The notes beneath the pieces are model-generated. The model was not told the origin of the DNA. It ran no database searches and worked only from the letters and a program-made list of their open reading frames with translations. From IMG/VR virus record IMGVR_UViG_3300005326_000030: 39,579 bases of DNA; one strand, given 5' to 3'. Shown piece after piece: positions 24,109 to 33,352 of this stretch; position 1 is the stretch's first letter, and each line of letters starts with the position of its first letter. The position numbers and the translations under genes were made by a program. Origin of the DNA: a virus.

Positions 24109-24611
24109 TTGGTTAGACTAATGAATACTGGTTTGTTATTGTTTATTATAGTGTGTAATAGTTTCTCAATATCTTCTTTATCATCTGGGAAATAAGAAGT
24201 TATATTTGGAAAACATTTTAAAACCTGTTTACAGTCCTCTGATTGGTGAGTATAACCATCGTTTTCGTAAGTTTTATCTCTCCCAGCACCTAGGATCTTA
24301 ACTGGTATCTGTTCATAGTCTACATAGTTTCTAACCCACTCAAAAGTTCTATATAAAGAAAAATTAGTTATTGAATAAAAGAAAGGTATCTTACCTTCTA
24401 AAGCAAGTCCTATACATAATCCCATACCAGCCTGTTCTGCTGCACCACAGTTTATACATCTATCAGGAAAGTCCTCTATAATAGCGTCCCATTGTTTGTA
24501 ACCCAAATCTGCATAAACTAACCATATATCCTTATTGGCTTCCATTTCTTTGTGTAAGTAATAGGCTAAATACCCTCTCATTGAGTCGTGTGGTTTATTG
24601 AAGTTTGGCAT
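24105..24611 (-). CDS. Transketolase-like pyrimidine-binding subunit, truncated form, 168 aa
   Basis: ADLGYKQWDAIIEDFPDRCINCGAAEQAGMGLCIGLALEGKIPFFYSITNF matches the transketolase Pyr-domain pattern. The usual C-terminal domain is absent. Confidence 0.65.
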   Translation of the reverse strand: MPNFNKPHDSMRGYLAYYLHKEMEANKDIWLVYADLGYKQWDAIIEDFPDRCINCGAAEQAGMGLCIGLALEGKIPFFYSITNFSLYRTFEWVRNYVDYEQIPVKILGAGRDKTYENDGYTHQSEDCKQVLKCFPNITSYFPDDKEDIEKLLHTIINNNKPVFISLTK

Positions 24612-25206
24612 AGGTTTCTAAGTCTAAACAATTATAATGTCCGGGTATTCCTTTAAGTATCTCAGGACATCTGTATAAGGTTACTCTTGATACTACAACA
24701 TTAAAAAATGATTTAAGTCTACTTTCCAAGTAATCTATGTCTACTAATCCACAGGCACTTTGTCCATTAGCAACTACTACAACTTTTAGATTATTTAATT
24801 CTTGATCGTGAGCTATTTTAAGTGCTTCCCATATAGAACCCTCAGCACAAGCACCATCTGAAGTAACTAAATAGACATCTCTGTCTCTATTAGCCAAAGC
24901 CATACCAACTGCAATAGTTTCTGGTTGTCCTAGTGAGCCACCACTAACATAAACTCCGTGTTCTAAGTCTCTAAAAGCGTGTGTTCCATATTTATCTACC
25001 ATTTCTTCTGCGTTGCAAATTCCTCTATCTTCCAATACTACCCATAGAGCTAGTGCAGCATGGGAGTTACCCAATACAAATATATCATCTTGTTTCTTAA
25101 GCTGGTAAATCTTATCTATAATTGGCAAAGTAGTTAATACACTGCTTAGATGAGTAAGTTTTCTTGGATAACTAATATCAAAGACTCTCTTTTCTAATTT
25201 GGTCAT
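24595..25206 (-). CDS. Transketolase-like thiamine-diphosphate-binding subunit, 203 aa
   Basis: GNSHAALALW..., GGSLGQPETIAVGMALA and YLVTSDGACAEGSIWEAL match the transketolase N-subunit pattern GSLGQG / GDG..EG..WEA. Confidence 0.65.
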   Translation of the reverse strand: MTKLEKRVFDISYPRKLTHLSSVLTTLPIIDKIYQLKKQDDIFVLGNSHAALALWVVLEDRGICNAEEMVDKYGTHAFRDLEHGVYVSGGSLGQPETIAVGMALANRDRDVYLVTSDGACAEGSIWEALKIAHDQELNNLKVVVVANGQSACGLVDIDYLESRLKSFFNVVVSRVTLYRCPEILKGIPGHYNCLDLETYAKLQ

Positions 25207-25951
25207 AAGATTCCTCTATACTTTCAATTAATGATTTCTTTGGCAACCAACCCCAACTCCTAGCTTTAAAGTTAGTACATACCCAATTAGGAGTGTCATA
25301 TTTTCTTAATTGAGGTACTCTGGTAACCTTTAATTTTTTCTGAGTAATAAACTCTACTATTTCTAAAATTTTTTCATTAGTTGTGCTAACTCCACTCCCT
25401 AGTTCAAAAATACCTTTAGCTTGATTATCAGAGAGATTTAATATCCCACTAACGACATCAGAAACATCAATATAGTCATGACTACCATCACATAAGTTTA
25501 CAGGAGTATCATTGATTGCAGCCCTTATTAGAGTAGGAATTAAGTGTTTTGGACTATCACCAGCACCGCATATCGTATATGGCCTAATTATAGTTATTGG
25601 TAAGTGTAATTTTTCTAAATAACCCATCAAAATCTCCTCACTTGCCTTCTTAGTCCTTGAATACATGGTCTGGACTGGAAGTTTTACTGACGAAGTTGAT
25701 ATATAAACAAAGGATTTGAAATTTAAGTCTTTTACTTTGTTAATTATTGAGATTAGGTCTAGTAAATTAGCCTTTATGATTAAATCGTCGTCTGTGTGGT
25801 CGCTAATGTTGCCATAGGCAGAGCAAAATAGGAATTTATTAAAATTTTTAGGCTTAAAAGTATCTATTTCTTCATGAGGAATACAAACTGCGTCAATATT
25901 TTTTAGTAATTCTTGACCGAGAAAACCTGATCCCCCAGTTAAGTAGTTCAT
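25178..25951 (-). CDS. NAD-dependent sugar epimerase/dehydratase (SDR family)
   Basis: Rossmann motif TGGSGFLG at the N-terminus and catalytic YxxxK (YSRTK). Confidence 0.7.
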   Translation of the reverse strand: MNYLTGGSGFLGQELLKNIDAVCIPHEEIDTFKPKNFNKFLFCSAYGNISDHTDDDLIIKANLLDLISIINKVKDLNFKSFVYISTSSVKLPVQTMYSRTKKASEEILMGYLEKLHLPITIIRPYTICGAGDSPKHLIPTLIRAAINDTPVNLCDGSHDYIDVSDVVSGILNLSDNQAKGIFELGSGVSTTNEKILEIVEFITQKKLKVTRVPQLRKYDTPNWVCTNFKARSWGWLPKKSLIESIEESYDQIRKESL

Positions 25952-27042
25952 AAGTCTACAAATTTAACATCTAAAGATTTAATAACATTTAGAAAAGTTT
26001 TAGAAACTTCTTTAAGGTCTCTATTTTTCTTTACCCATTTAAAAGCATTGTCGGCAATACGTTTTCTTTCTTGTGGATTATCGATTAGATACTTAACTTG
26101 TTTGTAAAAATCATTGGTATAAAGTAACCCATTATCATTATGTTTAATATCAGCCGAGTAAGGAAGCATATTTTTAGCAACAGTAGGAATACCTAAAGCA
26201 GCCGTTTCATAATACTTGATAGAACTCTTATTAGTATTGAATTCATTATCTTCTAAAGGACAGATAGCAATATCAGCATTGATTGTAGCCAATCTATATC
26301 CATGTCCATCTGCTGTGATCCAACCGTCTTTGTGGACTCTTGATTGGTCCATGTCTTTAGTTATACCTTCAAAAGGATTACCGAGGATATATAAGTGTAG
26401 ATTAGGATATTCTTTCATTAATCTTTCTAAATCGTCTCTTATTGAAAACATATCTCCATAGTGGGAACTACCACCAGACCAAAGTAAACGAATCTTATCA
26501 TCTTTCTTAATATCTAATCTAGGAAATATATCAAGATTTACAGCATTTGGGACAACAACTACATTTTTATTAAAAGGTTTAATAGTATCAGCTAGTTTAC
26601 TTGTAGTAGTTGTAACTACATTTGCTTTAGTAAGACAGTATTCGTAGTCTATTAAAGCTCTACGATTACGATATGGATCAAAGTGTTTATCTTCTACCCA
26701 TAGAGGTTTTCCATCTGGTAAGTAAACTTCTTTTGTACCACCAAATGAATAAGCATCACTAAAAGGACTAATATTAAATAAGTCATCATCAGTATCAAAG
26801 ATTATTTTCTTTTTTGGATAGTATTCTTTAATCTCTCTAATAAATTGAGTTACATTTTTAGTTGAAGGTCTTAAATAAAAAACATCAGAATCTTTAATTG
26901 CTTCCATTATATCTTTCTCACTCCAAGTATCTATATCAACTTCCTTTATCTCTACTTCGTTAGATATTGCTTTAGTTATCTGCATTATGCGATACCAACT
27001 ACAACCATCAATTCTATGCTTATGGACAAATAGTTTCATCAT
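25948..27042 (-). CDS. GT-B fold (GT4-like) glycosyltransferase, 364 aa
   Basis: EFNTNKSSIKYYETAALGIPTVA...NGLL matches the E..(7)E/GT1 C-terminal motif. Start set at the ATG that overlaps the upstream stop (ATGA). Confidence 0.65.
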   Translation of the reverse strand: MMKLFVHKHRIDGCSWYRIMQITKAISNEVEIKEVDIDTWSEKDIMEAIKDSDVFYLRPSTKNVTQFIREIKEYYPKKKIIFDTDDDLFNISPFSDAYSFGGTKEVYLPDGKPLWVEDKHFDPYRNRRALIDYEYCLTKANVVTTTTSKLADTIKPFNKNVVVVPNAVNLDIFPRLDIKKDDKIRLLWSGGSSHYGDMFSIRDDLERLMKEYPNLHLYILGNPFEGITKDMDQSRVHKDGWITADGHGYRLATINADIAICPLEDNEFNTNKSSIKYYETAALGIPTVAKNMLPYSADIKHNDNGLLYTNDFYKQVKYLIDNPQERKRIADNAFKWVKKNRDLKEVSKTFLNVIKSLDVKFVDL

Positions 27043-27350
27043 ATATTTCGTGTGTCTCCTTTGACTACCTTCCACTCTTTATAATGTTCAAAAAAATCTT
27101 TATCTTTAAAATAATCTGGTCCATACATCTTAGTAAACCACTCATCTACTTCAATGGGGATAGTTGCTATTTTAATCCAGTGTGCTTTACCAGTACGTTT
27201 ATGTCCTGCAAGATATTGTTCCTTTCGTAGAGATTGTTGAATAACACCTTTTGGATCAGTGGCTTGTTTTATTCCTAATTCTTTATTTTTATTAACACTA
27301 TCAATAACTTTATTGATTACTTTTAGTTCTTCTGTATTAAATGTAGCCAT
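27039..27350 (-). CDS. Hypothetical protein, 103 aa, downstream of the capsid gene
   Basis: ORF with its own promoter-like element. Confidence 0.5.
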   Translation of the reverse strand: MATFNTEELKVINKVIDSVNKNKELGIKQATDPKGVIQQSLRKEQYLAGHKRTGKAHWIKIATIPIEVDEWFTKMYGPDYFKDKDFFEHYKEWKVVKGDTRNI

Positions 27351-27388
27351 ATAGTGAGGACGAATCCTTAAACTAATATATTATAACA
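27351..27388 (-). promoter_or_regulatory. Truncated cassette variant E: TGTTATAAT, 4 nt, TAGTTTA, one small hairpin
   Basis: TATAAT at 27380-27385. AGGA-TTCG-TCCT at 27357-27368. No second hairpin or T-run. Confidence 0.45.
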
Positions 27389-27393
27389 TTGGT

Positions 27394-27419
27394 GTCTAGG
27401 ACAGTTTCCCATCCTAGAC
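27394..27419 (-). terminator. Stable hairpin directly after the major capsid gene, no U-run
   Basis: GTCTAGGA / TCCTAGAC, an 8-bp stem with a 10-nt loop. Confidence 0.4.
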
Positions 27420-27429
27420 GGTGTAACTT

Positions 27430-28317
27430 TTAGGCTAAAGTTACTAAACCACATCCAGCTTCCTGTCTCATCTCTAGGGTAAGAGCAGTTTCTACGACAC
27501 CTCTTGTGGTAGATGCGATTTTAGCAGCATCTACTTTGTGAGTTGGAATAGCAACAGCAACTTTACATAGATCAGATTGAACAGTAAGGATTTTACCGGC
27601 AGTAATAAAACGATCAGCAACAATCTTTACTCGTCCGAAGTCTGAATCATAAACATCCACTCCGCTAATAACTTCTTTAGAGTCTTGATTCATAAACTTA
27701 GTAGAGCTAGCTGTGAAATCAGAGATTGCTCTCTTAGCAGTAGCATTTACATAAGTAGTATCAGGACGACCACCAGCTGTCCAAATTGCTTGGAGGTTGG
27801 TGTTGAAAAGATATTCTGGAGAAGAAGAACCTGTGCCTGAATAGAATCCACTACCAGTATTGGTGGCAATGAAAGCTAAAGCACCTTTAAGTTCACGAGC
27901 AGTACCGCTTGCACCGCTTGCACCAGTTCCAGTGAAAAGAGCTAGTTCAATGTCTCTAGCTTGTTCTTTCATGGCTTTGGCCATTTGGTAAGCGTACATA
28001 TCGTCCATACCTGCTGGATTCATAGCTCTTTCAAAATCAGTTACTTCAACGAAGTTTCTGAAAGTTTGAACATAAGCACCAGTTCGTGCAGGAGTCGTCT
28101 TAACAGCGAACGAATAATCTTGCCCTTCAATTTGGGCATTAGCTGTAGCACTAGCAAGAGAGTCAGTAGACCACTCATGGTAAGCACCACTAGCTTTGGT
28201 TTTTCCACATGAACTAAAAAAAGGAGTCTCAGTTGGAGAGATATTTGTTATCACATCCAAAAGGTCTTCACGATTAGTAGTCGCATGGAATGAGGAAATA
28301 GCTGTTCCTGAAGCCAT
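27430..28317 (-). CDS. Major capsid protein (HK97-fold, SU10/DUF5309-like type)
   Basis: The N-terminal signature NREDLLDVITNISPTETPFFS is typical of this capsid family. Position follows the scaffold gene. Confidence 0.75.
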   Translation of the reverse strand: MASGTAISSFHATTNREDLLDVITNISPTETPFFSSCGKTKASGAYHEWSTDSLASATANAQIEGQDYSFAVKTTPARTGAYVQTFRNFVEVTDFERAMNPAGMDDMYAYQMAKAMKEQARDIELALFTGTGASGASGTARELKGALAFIATNTGSGFYSGTGSSSPEYLFNTNLQAIWTAGGRPDTTYVNATAKRAISDFTASSTKFMNQDSKEVISGVDVYDSDFGRVKIVADRFITAGKILTVQSDLCKVAVAIPTHKVDAAKIASTTRGVVETALTLEMRQEAGCGLVTLA

Positions 28318-28374
28318 AATTTTAATTTAATTATTAATACGCAGATTATTTTATAAACAAATTCTTCATCTGTT

Positions 28375-29133
28375 TTAGATAATATCTTTTAAGTAGGCTG
28401 CCCAATCATCTGTACTTCCAGTATTTCTAGCTTTCTGTAGTCTTTGACGACTTTCATCATTACTAGTGTCAGGCCTATTTGATGTAGGCGTTACTGCAGC
28501 ATTAGCGATTGTTTTAGCCATACTTGAAGCGGCCTCTGCTTGGCCGTTGCTTTCACCTAATTTGATAACCCCTTTTAACTCGTTGTAGAGTTCTTTAGGA
28601 CTCATCTTAGGACGAAAAGCTCCAGATTCGTCATAATTAAGAGATGCATATAACTTAGTGTATTTAGAATCAAAATTCTTATCACTAAATTCAGGTGCAT
28701 CTACAAGCTCTCCTAATTCAGATTGATGTGCTCCAACTGTTTGTCTAAAACCTTGTTCCTGTCTATCTTTGGCGATAGCTAACTGTGTAACAGTCATTAT
28801 TTTATTATTTAACTGTTCTATGGTTATTTCACCATCATTAGCCTCTGTTTGTTGGTTGGTCTGCCACCATGGAGGTAGTTGATTGCCAAAAACATCGTTA
28901 TTATATTGAGGTTGAGGTTCTGACAACTCCTTTACTTTAGAAGTAAGTTGTTGAATCCTTCTCTCTGCCCTAGTTGGCCTATAACTATCTGACTCTTTCT
29001 GAGGTTCTTCCGGTGAGTTATTAGCTTCTTCCGAATTAACTTCTTCCTGAGTGGTTTCTAGTTCAGTTTGCGAAACTTCGTTGGTTTCCTCAACGACTGG
29101 TGTTTCCACCACAGCATTGTTTTGTTCGTCCAT
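28375..29133 (-). CDS. Scaffolding protein
   Basis: Acidic, low-complexity N-terminus and helical remainder. Lies between the portal and capsid genes. Confidence 0.5.
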   Translation of the reverse strand: MDEQNNAVVETPVVEETNEVSQTELETTQEEVNSEEANNSPEEPQKESDSYRPTRAERRIQQLTSKVKELSEPQPQYNNDVFGNQLPPWWQTNQQTEANDGEITIEQLNNKIMTVTQLAIAKDRQEQGFRQTVGAHQSELGELVDAPEFSDKNFDSKYTKLYASLNYDESGAFRPKMSPKELYNELKGVIKLGESNGQAEAASSMAKTIANAAVTPTSNRPDTSNDESRQRLQKARNTGSTDDWAAYLKDII

Positions 29134-29239
29134 ATTTGGTTGAACTAATAATCAGACAACTTAAAGCAGTGTCGGCCACGCTTGAATCTAATTAATTAGA
29201 AAAGACTCATTGATACCTACGAGATTCGTAGAGCATCAA

Positions 29240-29482
29240 TCAAACTTTTTTAAGTATTGGGATTCCCCTATCATCTAATCCCATAAAAATTCTTCTTCCT
29301 ATATTTACACTATGAGGACAAGGACATGAATTACAAACTAATGTAAACCCTTGCTGAGTCCAATTATGTCCAGCTATTCCCTCTCTCACTTGAGAAGGTA
29401 TTTGACTTACATCAATGTCAATGTGCGAGGTTTCTTCTTTTGTTTCCTCTTTAACTTCATCTAATACATCATTTGGTTTCAT
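29240..29482 (-). CDS. Hypothetical Cys/His-containing protein, 80 aa
   Basis: ORF containing the CNSCPCPH cluster. Confidence 0.45.
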   Translation of the reverse strand: MKPNDVLDEVKEETKEETSHIDIDVSQIPSQVREGIAGHNWTQQGFTLVCNSCPCPHSVNIGRRIFMGLDDRGIPILKKV

Positions 29483-29774
29483 TGGGTTTATGTCCCTCTA
29501 TGAAATCTAGTATTTGTTGCATCTTGTCGGCTACAACTCTAGCGATAAGAGCTTTACGCCCAAACGCTTCCTCTGACATCTGGTTAGCTAAAACGGCAGT
29601 AATGTCATCGGCTTGTGATAACACATCCCCAATACATGATTCAAAATATCTCTTGAGGTATGGCCATTGTATAGAAGAAGTAATCTCGGCAAGATTTTGG
29701 TTAAGTTCGTCCCATTTTACTGGTGGTTCAGTTAGAATTTGATCGTAAATATTTTTCAATGTTACTTTTTCCAT
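29469..29774 (-). CDS. Hypothetical protein, 101 aa
   Basis: ORF coupled to the portal gene. Confidence 0.5.
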   Translation of the reverse strand: MEKVTLKNIYDQILTEPPVKWDELNQNLAEITSSIQWPYLKRYFESCIGDVLSQADDITAVLANQMSEEAFGRKALIARVVADKMQQILDFIEGHKPNETK

Positions 29775-29775
29775 A

Positions 29776-31713
29776 TTATCTCCCTCCTAATAATGATTGA
29801 GCGATCTGTTGTAATTCAGGATCTTTTATATTTCCCATGATCTGTGCAGAATCTACACCCTGTCCATTACCAGGCATCATAGATTGTTCTTGAGATGGTT
29901 GAACTGGTTGTCCTTGTCCTTGCATTTCAGGTGGTATTCTCTGTGGTGTTTGTCCTTGAATTGGTTGACCATCTGGACCTGCTTGTACTTGTGGTGGTTC
30001 TGGTTTAAAGTCAACAACTATTTTATCTGAATCTTTAGTACCCGAAGTAATGATGTATCGTTTAACTAATTCAGAGAAGTCAATATCTTTTCCTTTAGTT
30101 TGCATCATTTGTAATAGAGTTGAACCAAATGGAGTTCCAAATAATTGAATTATTGCAGTTAGTGATTGATTTTCTTCCATAGCATCTTTTTGTAATGTAG
30201 TTCCGGCATCAATAAAGAATCTAAACTTACCTTTAAGCATTTCCGGTTTGATTCTGTACTTACCTTCACCATTTTGTGAGTATATTTCTTCAATATCGGG
30301 ATAGATTTCTTTAATTTGTTCAATTTCACCACTAAATAAGTTAATATCAATTGGTTTAGCTTGATTAGAAGCAATCATTTCAATCATTCGATCATAAAGT
30401 TCCTCTACAAAGTCTTCCATTGTCTGTCTTTCCCATGAATCAGCGGCACTTTCCTTCATCTGTTGCATTTTAAGGGCTTGTGGAGTCTTGCCTTGAGTCA
30501 TATCTACATTCTTAGACACACTCATATCAGTAGAACCCAATAAGTTGTTTAAAGAACTTAGAATCATACCCGATAAGTTATTAGCAGTGTTAATATCTTC
30601 ATTCCCATTAACTAAAGGACGGATAGAGTTAGGGATTGTTTCTTCCCATATAGCACCAGCCCTACGATTTAAAGTATTTTTAACTACACCTTTAGGATTT
30701 ACAACTGTAATAGGGAATAATTTATTCTTTGCACTATCAAGAGTTAAGTTGATAATAGAGTTTTGAGTAAGTTGAAGTGGTTTACCTCTTTCAGTATCAG
30801 ACCAACCAGTACATCTATCTAACATTGGAACTGTTTGTTTGATGATGATTGGAAGTTTACCATTTTGATGTGGGTTATCTATTTCTCTAAGTATTCCTGC
30901 TTGTGGGAACTTAGGAGCATAAGTAATCCAACTATCACGAGTGTATTTAGTTCTAATAAGTACACCTTCTAAATCAACATTGTATTTGGCTTCATTATAA
31001 GATTGATTGACATAGGTTATCTTTTCCTTTTGTTCTTTAACTGCTTTGACTAAGATATCAATATTCTTCCAAGTAGATTTAGGTAAGTGTTTAAGCCAAC
31101 CTAATGGTTGTAATTGGTCTACAAAACAATAGTCTTGGTCATCATCTTGGAATACTCCTGGTTGTGGATAGTATCTATCAATAGGAATAAGCCAAAAGTC
31201 AGGGCCAACATAAGTATCTGATACAACATAATCAACTAAAACAGGTTGTTTCCCATATATCTGAGAATTAATAGAAGTTAGTTTCAACTTCATTAAGTGT
31301 TTATATTGGGAATTAGAATTAGGAATAATATATCTTTGGAGAATTAGATTTAGTAATTGGTTCTTACCTCTGTCTTTACGATCTAAGTAATCAACTTTAC
31401 CAGTAGCAGGTTGAGCTGTTATTCTTTGAGTTCTTTGGATAATAGCAGTAGACAAGTGTCCATCATTAACATTTGATTTACTATTCTCAGCAGCTTTACC
31501 TTTGTCTTGATTATAGAATACTTCTTCATTCTCACGCCATTCTGGTCTGATTATATTCAACGCACTATCGCAATATTGCCATTCACTTTCCATTTTAGTT
31601 ATCAACTCATCTTCTGTTTCTGTTTTCTTAGGTTTTGTATCCTTAAACAAATCAACTGTATTATCTTTCTTAACTTCCTTAACTGTTTTCTTTTTCTTTA
31701 ATTTTTTAGGCAT
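29776..31713 (-). CDS. Portal protein, 645 aa
   Basis: Called on size and on position after TerL. Start trimmed to MPKKLKKKK; the upstream codons lie inside cassette A hairpins. The C-terminal tail is Q/P/G-rich. Confidence 0.6.
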   Translation of the reverse strand: MPKKLKKKKTVKEVKKDNTVDLFKDTKPKKTETEDELITKMESEWQYCDSALNIIRPEWRENEEVFYNQDKGKAAENSKSNVNDGHLSTAIIQRTQRITAQPATGKVDYLDRKDRGKNQLLNLILQRYIIPNSNSQYKHLMKLKLTSINSQIYGKQPVLVDYVVSDTYVGPDFWLIPIDRYYPQPGVFQDDDQDYCFVDQLQPLGWLKHLPKSTWKNIDILVKAVKEQKEKITYVNQSYNEAKYNVDLEGVLIRTKYTRDSWITYAPKFPQAGILREIDNPHQNGKLPIIIKQTVPMLDRCTGWSDTERGKPLQLTQNSIINLTLDSAKNKLFPITVVNPKGVVKNTLNRRAGAIWEETIPNSIRPLVNGNEDINTANNLSGMILSSLNNLLGSTDMSVSKNVDMTQGKTPQALKMQQMKESAADSWERQTMEDFVEELYDRMIEMIASNQAKPIDINLFSGEIEQIKEIYPDIEEIYSQNGEGKYRIKPEMLKGKFRFFIDAGTTLQKDAMEENQSLTAIIQLFGTPFGSTLLQMMQTKGKDIDFSELVKRYIITSGTKDSDKIVVDFKPEPPQVQAGPDGQPIQGQTPQRIPPEMQGQGQPVQPSQEQSMMPGNGQGVDSAQIMGNIKDPELQQIAQSLLGGR

Positions 31714-31787
31714 AGTTTTTAAACAAAAAAAAGCTCTCACTTCTGAGAGCATTCCCGTACAGGGATTTTACTAATTACATTATATCA
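31714..31787 (-). promoter_or_regulatory. Late cassette copy A: TGATATAAT, 5 nt, TAGTAAAA, hairpin 1, hairpin 2, T-run
   Basis: TATAAT at 31779-31784. Hairpin 1 is TCCC-TGTAC-GGGA. Hairpin 2 is GCTCTCA-GAAG-TGAGAGC followed by T8. Confidence 0.65.
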
Positions 31788-32105
31788 TGGTTGTTTGTCT
31801 AGTGGATATTGTTTCTTAATATTCCTTTGTAGATAAACATCTTTTATATTACCTTTATTAAATTTCATAGTAAAAGTAAACATTCCAGACTCTTGTTTAG
31901 TAAATAAATCTTTTATTTCACTTAATACTAATGAAGTTGCTTCTGTATTCTCTCCATCTTTAAACTTTACTCTTTGAAATTGTTGTCCTTGGACTCCAAC
32001 TATCTTATCTTGGAATATCTCTAAAGTTAAATTAAGACTACCATAGTGTTGGGTATTGCATTGTTTCTCTATATCTATAAAAGGAATTAGATTAAGTGTT
32101 TCCAT
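31785..32105 (-). CDS. Hypothetical protein, 106 aa
   Basis: ORF whose start overlaps the TerL stop. Confidence 0.5.
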   Translation of the reverse strand: METLNLIPFIDIEKQCNTQHYGSLNLTLEIFQDKIVGVQGQQFQRVKFKDGENTEATSLVLSEIKDLFTKQESGMFTFTMKFNKGNIKDVYLQRNIKKQYPLDKQP

Positions 32106-33352
32106 TAATAATATGTTTTAGTAATAAATGAAGTATCTGGGTAACTGTCATTAGTATCAGTTGGTTTATTGTAACTCATTACAAAGTATCTAATTGCGTC
32201 CATAGCATCGTCATCTCTCTTTAAAGGGACTTCTTTTATTGATCCACCACTCTTATTATCCAACCATCTATACTTTTCAAACTCATCAGCTATCCATGTT
32301 AAGTTCTTACTAAACATTAAAGTTGGTTTTCCAGTATCATTTCTAATCTTTAACATCTCAGCAACTTTGACTATTCCATTCTTCACTGAATCTTGTCCTT
32401 TCTCTATTGGAGTAAATAAGCATCCAAACTCTTGAAGTTGTTTAATACTCATTGGTTGAGCTGAATCGGCTACTGAAGTTGTTATTACCTTACCGGCATC
32501 TTTAATATTTGCTATATCAGCTATCTCTTTCTCTATTAGTCCTGATTGGTAGATTCCATCATAAGCATAAATAGCAGTACCAGTTGAATTGATAGCAAAG
32601 TAAACCAAGGCGGTCTTGTGACTGAATCCAAAGTCTAATGAACGACAGTAAGTATAGTTATAATCTAACTGAGGAACGTCAACCATGTGGATATCTCTGT
32701 TGAAATCTTTGTAAATTAAACCTGACATCTTTCTAAATTCACCCATGATCTCTTGTGCAAAACTATCTTCATCCATTTCTTTCTTCATGGCCTCAATTTC
32801 TTCTACTGGTATATGAGGATTGTCATAAGTTGTATAGTGATGATAAGACCAATCAGGATCATTCATCTCACTTAGTTCTTTAAAGTGATTGAAACCATTA
32901 GGTGTAGATATAAACCAAACATTTGCTTTACTATCAGCAAGAGTAGGTCGTACTACTTTCCATACTTCATCCCAATGGTCAATAAAAGCAGTTTCATCAA
33001 ATATACATAAATCTATTCTTACACCTCTTAGTGAATCAGGGTTATCAGCTCCCTTTAAGAATATTTGTGATCCATTAAGTAGTTCGATATACAGTTCTGT
33101 TTCATTTGTTCGTTTAATAGCCTCTGGTGGAACAAGTTCTTTAAGCATTGACCACATGATAGCTTTACTTTGTTTATAAGTTGGGGATACATACCAAACA
33201 ATACTCTTTTCTTTCTCTGTTGCAAATCTTAATATCTCTACACTAACTAAATACGATTTCCCTGCACGCCTGCCACAATTTATTACCTTAAAACGGTGAT
33301 TGTCATTGAATACTTGAGTTTGCCAATATGTTAATTTAAGTTTCTTTTTCAT
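32105..33352 (-). CDS. terL: Terminase large subunit
   Basis: Walker A CGRRAGKS, Walker B LCIFDE, and C-terminal nuclease acidic motifs (LDFGFS, VADSAQP, DDAMDAIRY). Confidence 0.9.
   Translation of the reverse strand: MKKKLKLTYWQTQVFNDNHRFKVINCGRRAGKSYLVSVEILRFATEKEKSIVWYVSPTYKQSKAIMWSMLKELVPPEAIKRTNETELYIELLNGSQIFLKGADNPDSLRGVRIDLCIFDETAFIDHWDEVWKVVRPTLADSKANVWFISTPNGFNHFKELSEMNDPDWSYHHYTTYDNPHIPVEEIEAMKKEMDEDSFAQEIMGEFRKMSGLIYKDFNRDIHMVDVPQLDYNYTYCRSLDFGFSHKTALVYFAINSTGTAIYAYDGIYQSGLIEKEIADIANIKDAGKVITTSVADSAQPMSIKQLQEFGCLFTPIEKGQDSVKNGIVKVAEMLKIRNDTGKPTLMFSKNLTWIADEFEKYRWLDNKSGGSIKEVPLKRDDDAMDAIRYFVMSYNKPTDTNDSYPDTSFITKTYY

Noticed and set aside
31714-31752. Longer N-terminus (MLSEVRAFFCLKT) for the portal ORF, and likewise 12547..12639 for the adaptor-like ORF.
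   Set aside because: The extensions run through terminator-type hairpins and T-runs. The 12547..12639 extension additionally overlaps the end of the 1512-aa gene, and both internal ATGs directly follow the regulatory elements.
10886-33179. Remaining embedded ORFs: 10886..11131, 12142..12330, 12705..12962, 20638..20823, 26216..26461, 27961..28212, 29473..29742, 30545..30766, 31507..31701 and 32889..33179 (all +), and 30159..30374 (-).
   Set aside because: Each lies entirely within a longer gene that has domain or synteny support, either antisense to it or out of frame. None has an independent signal.
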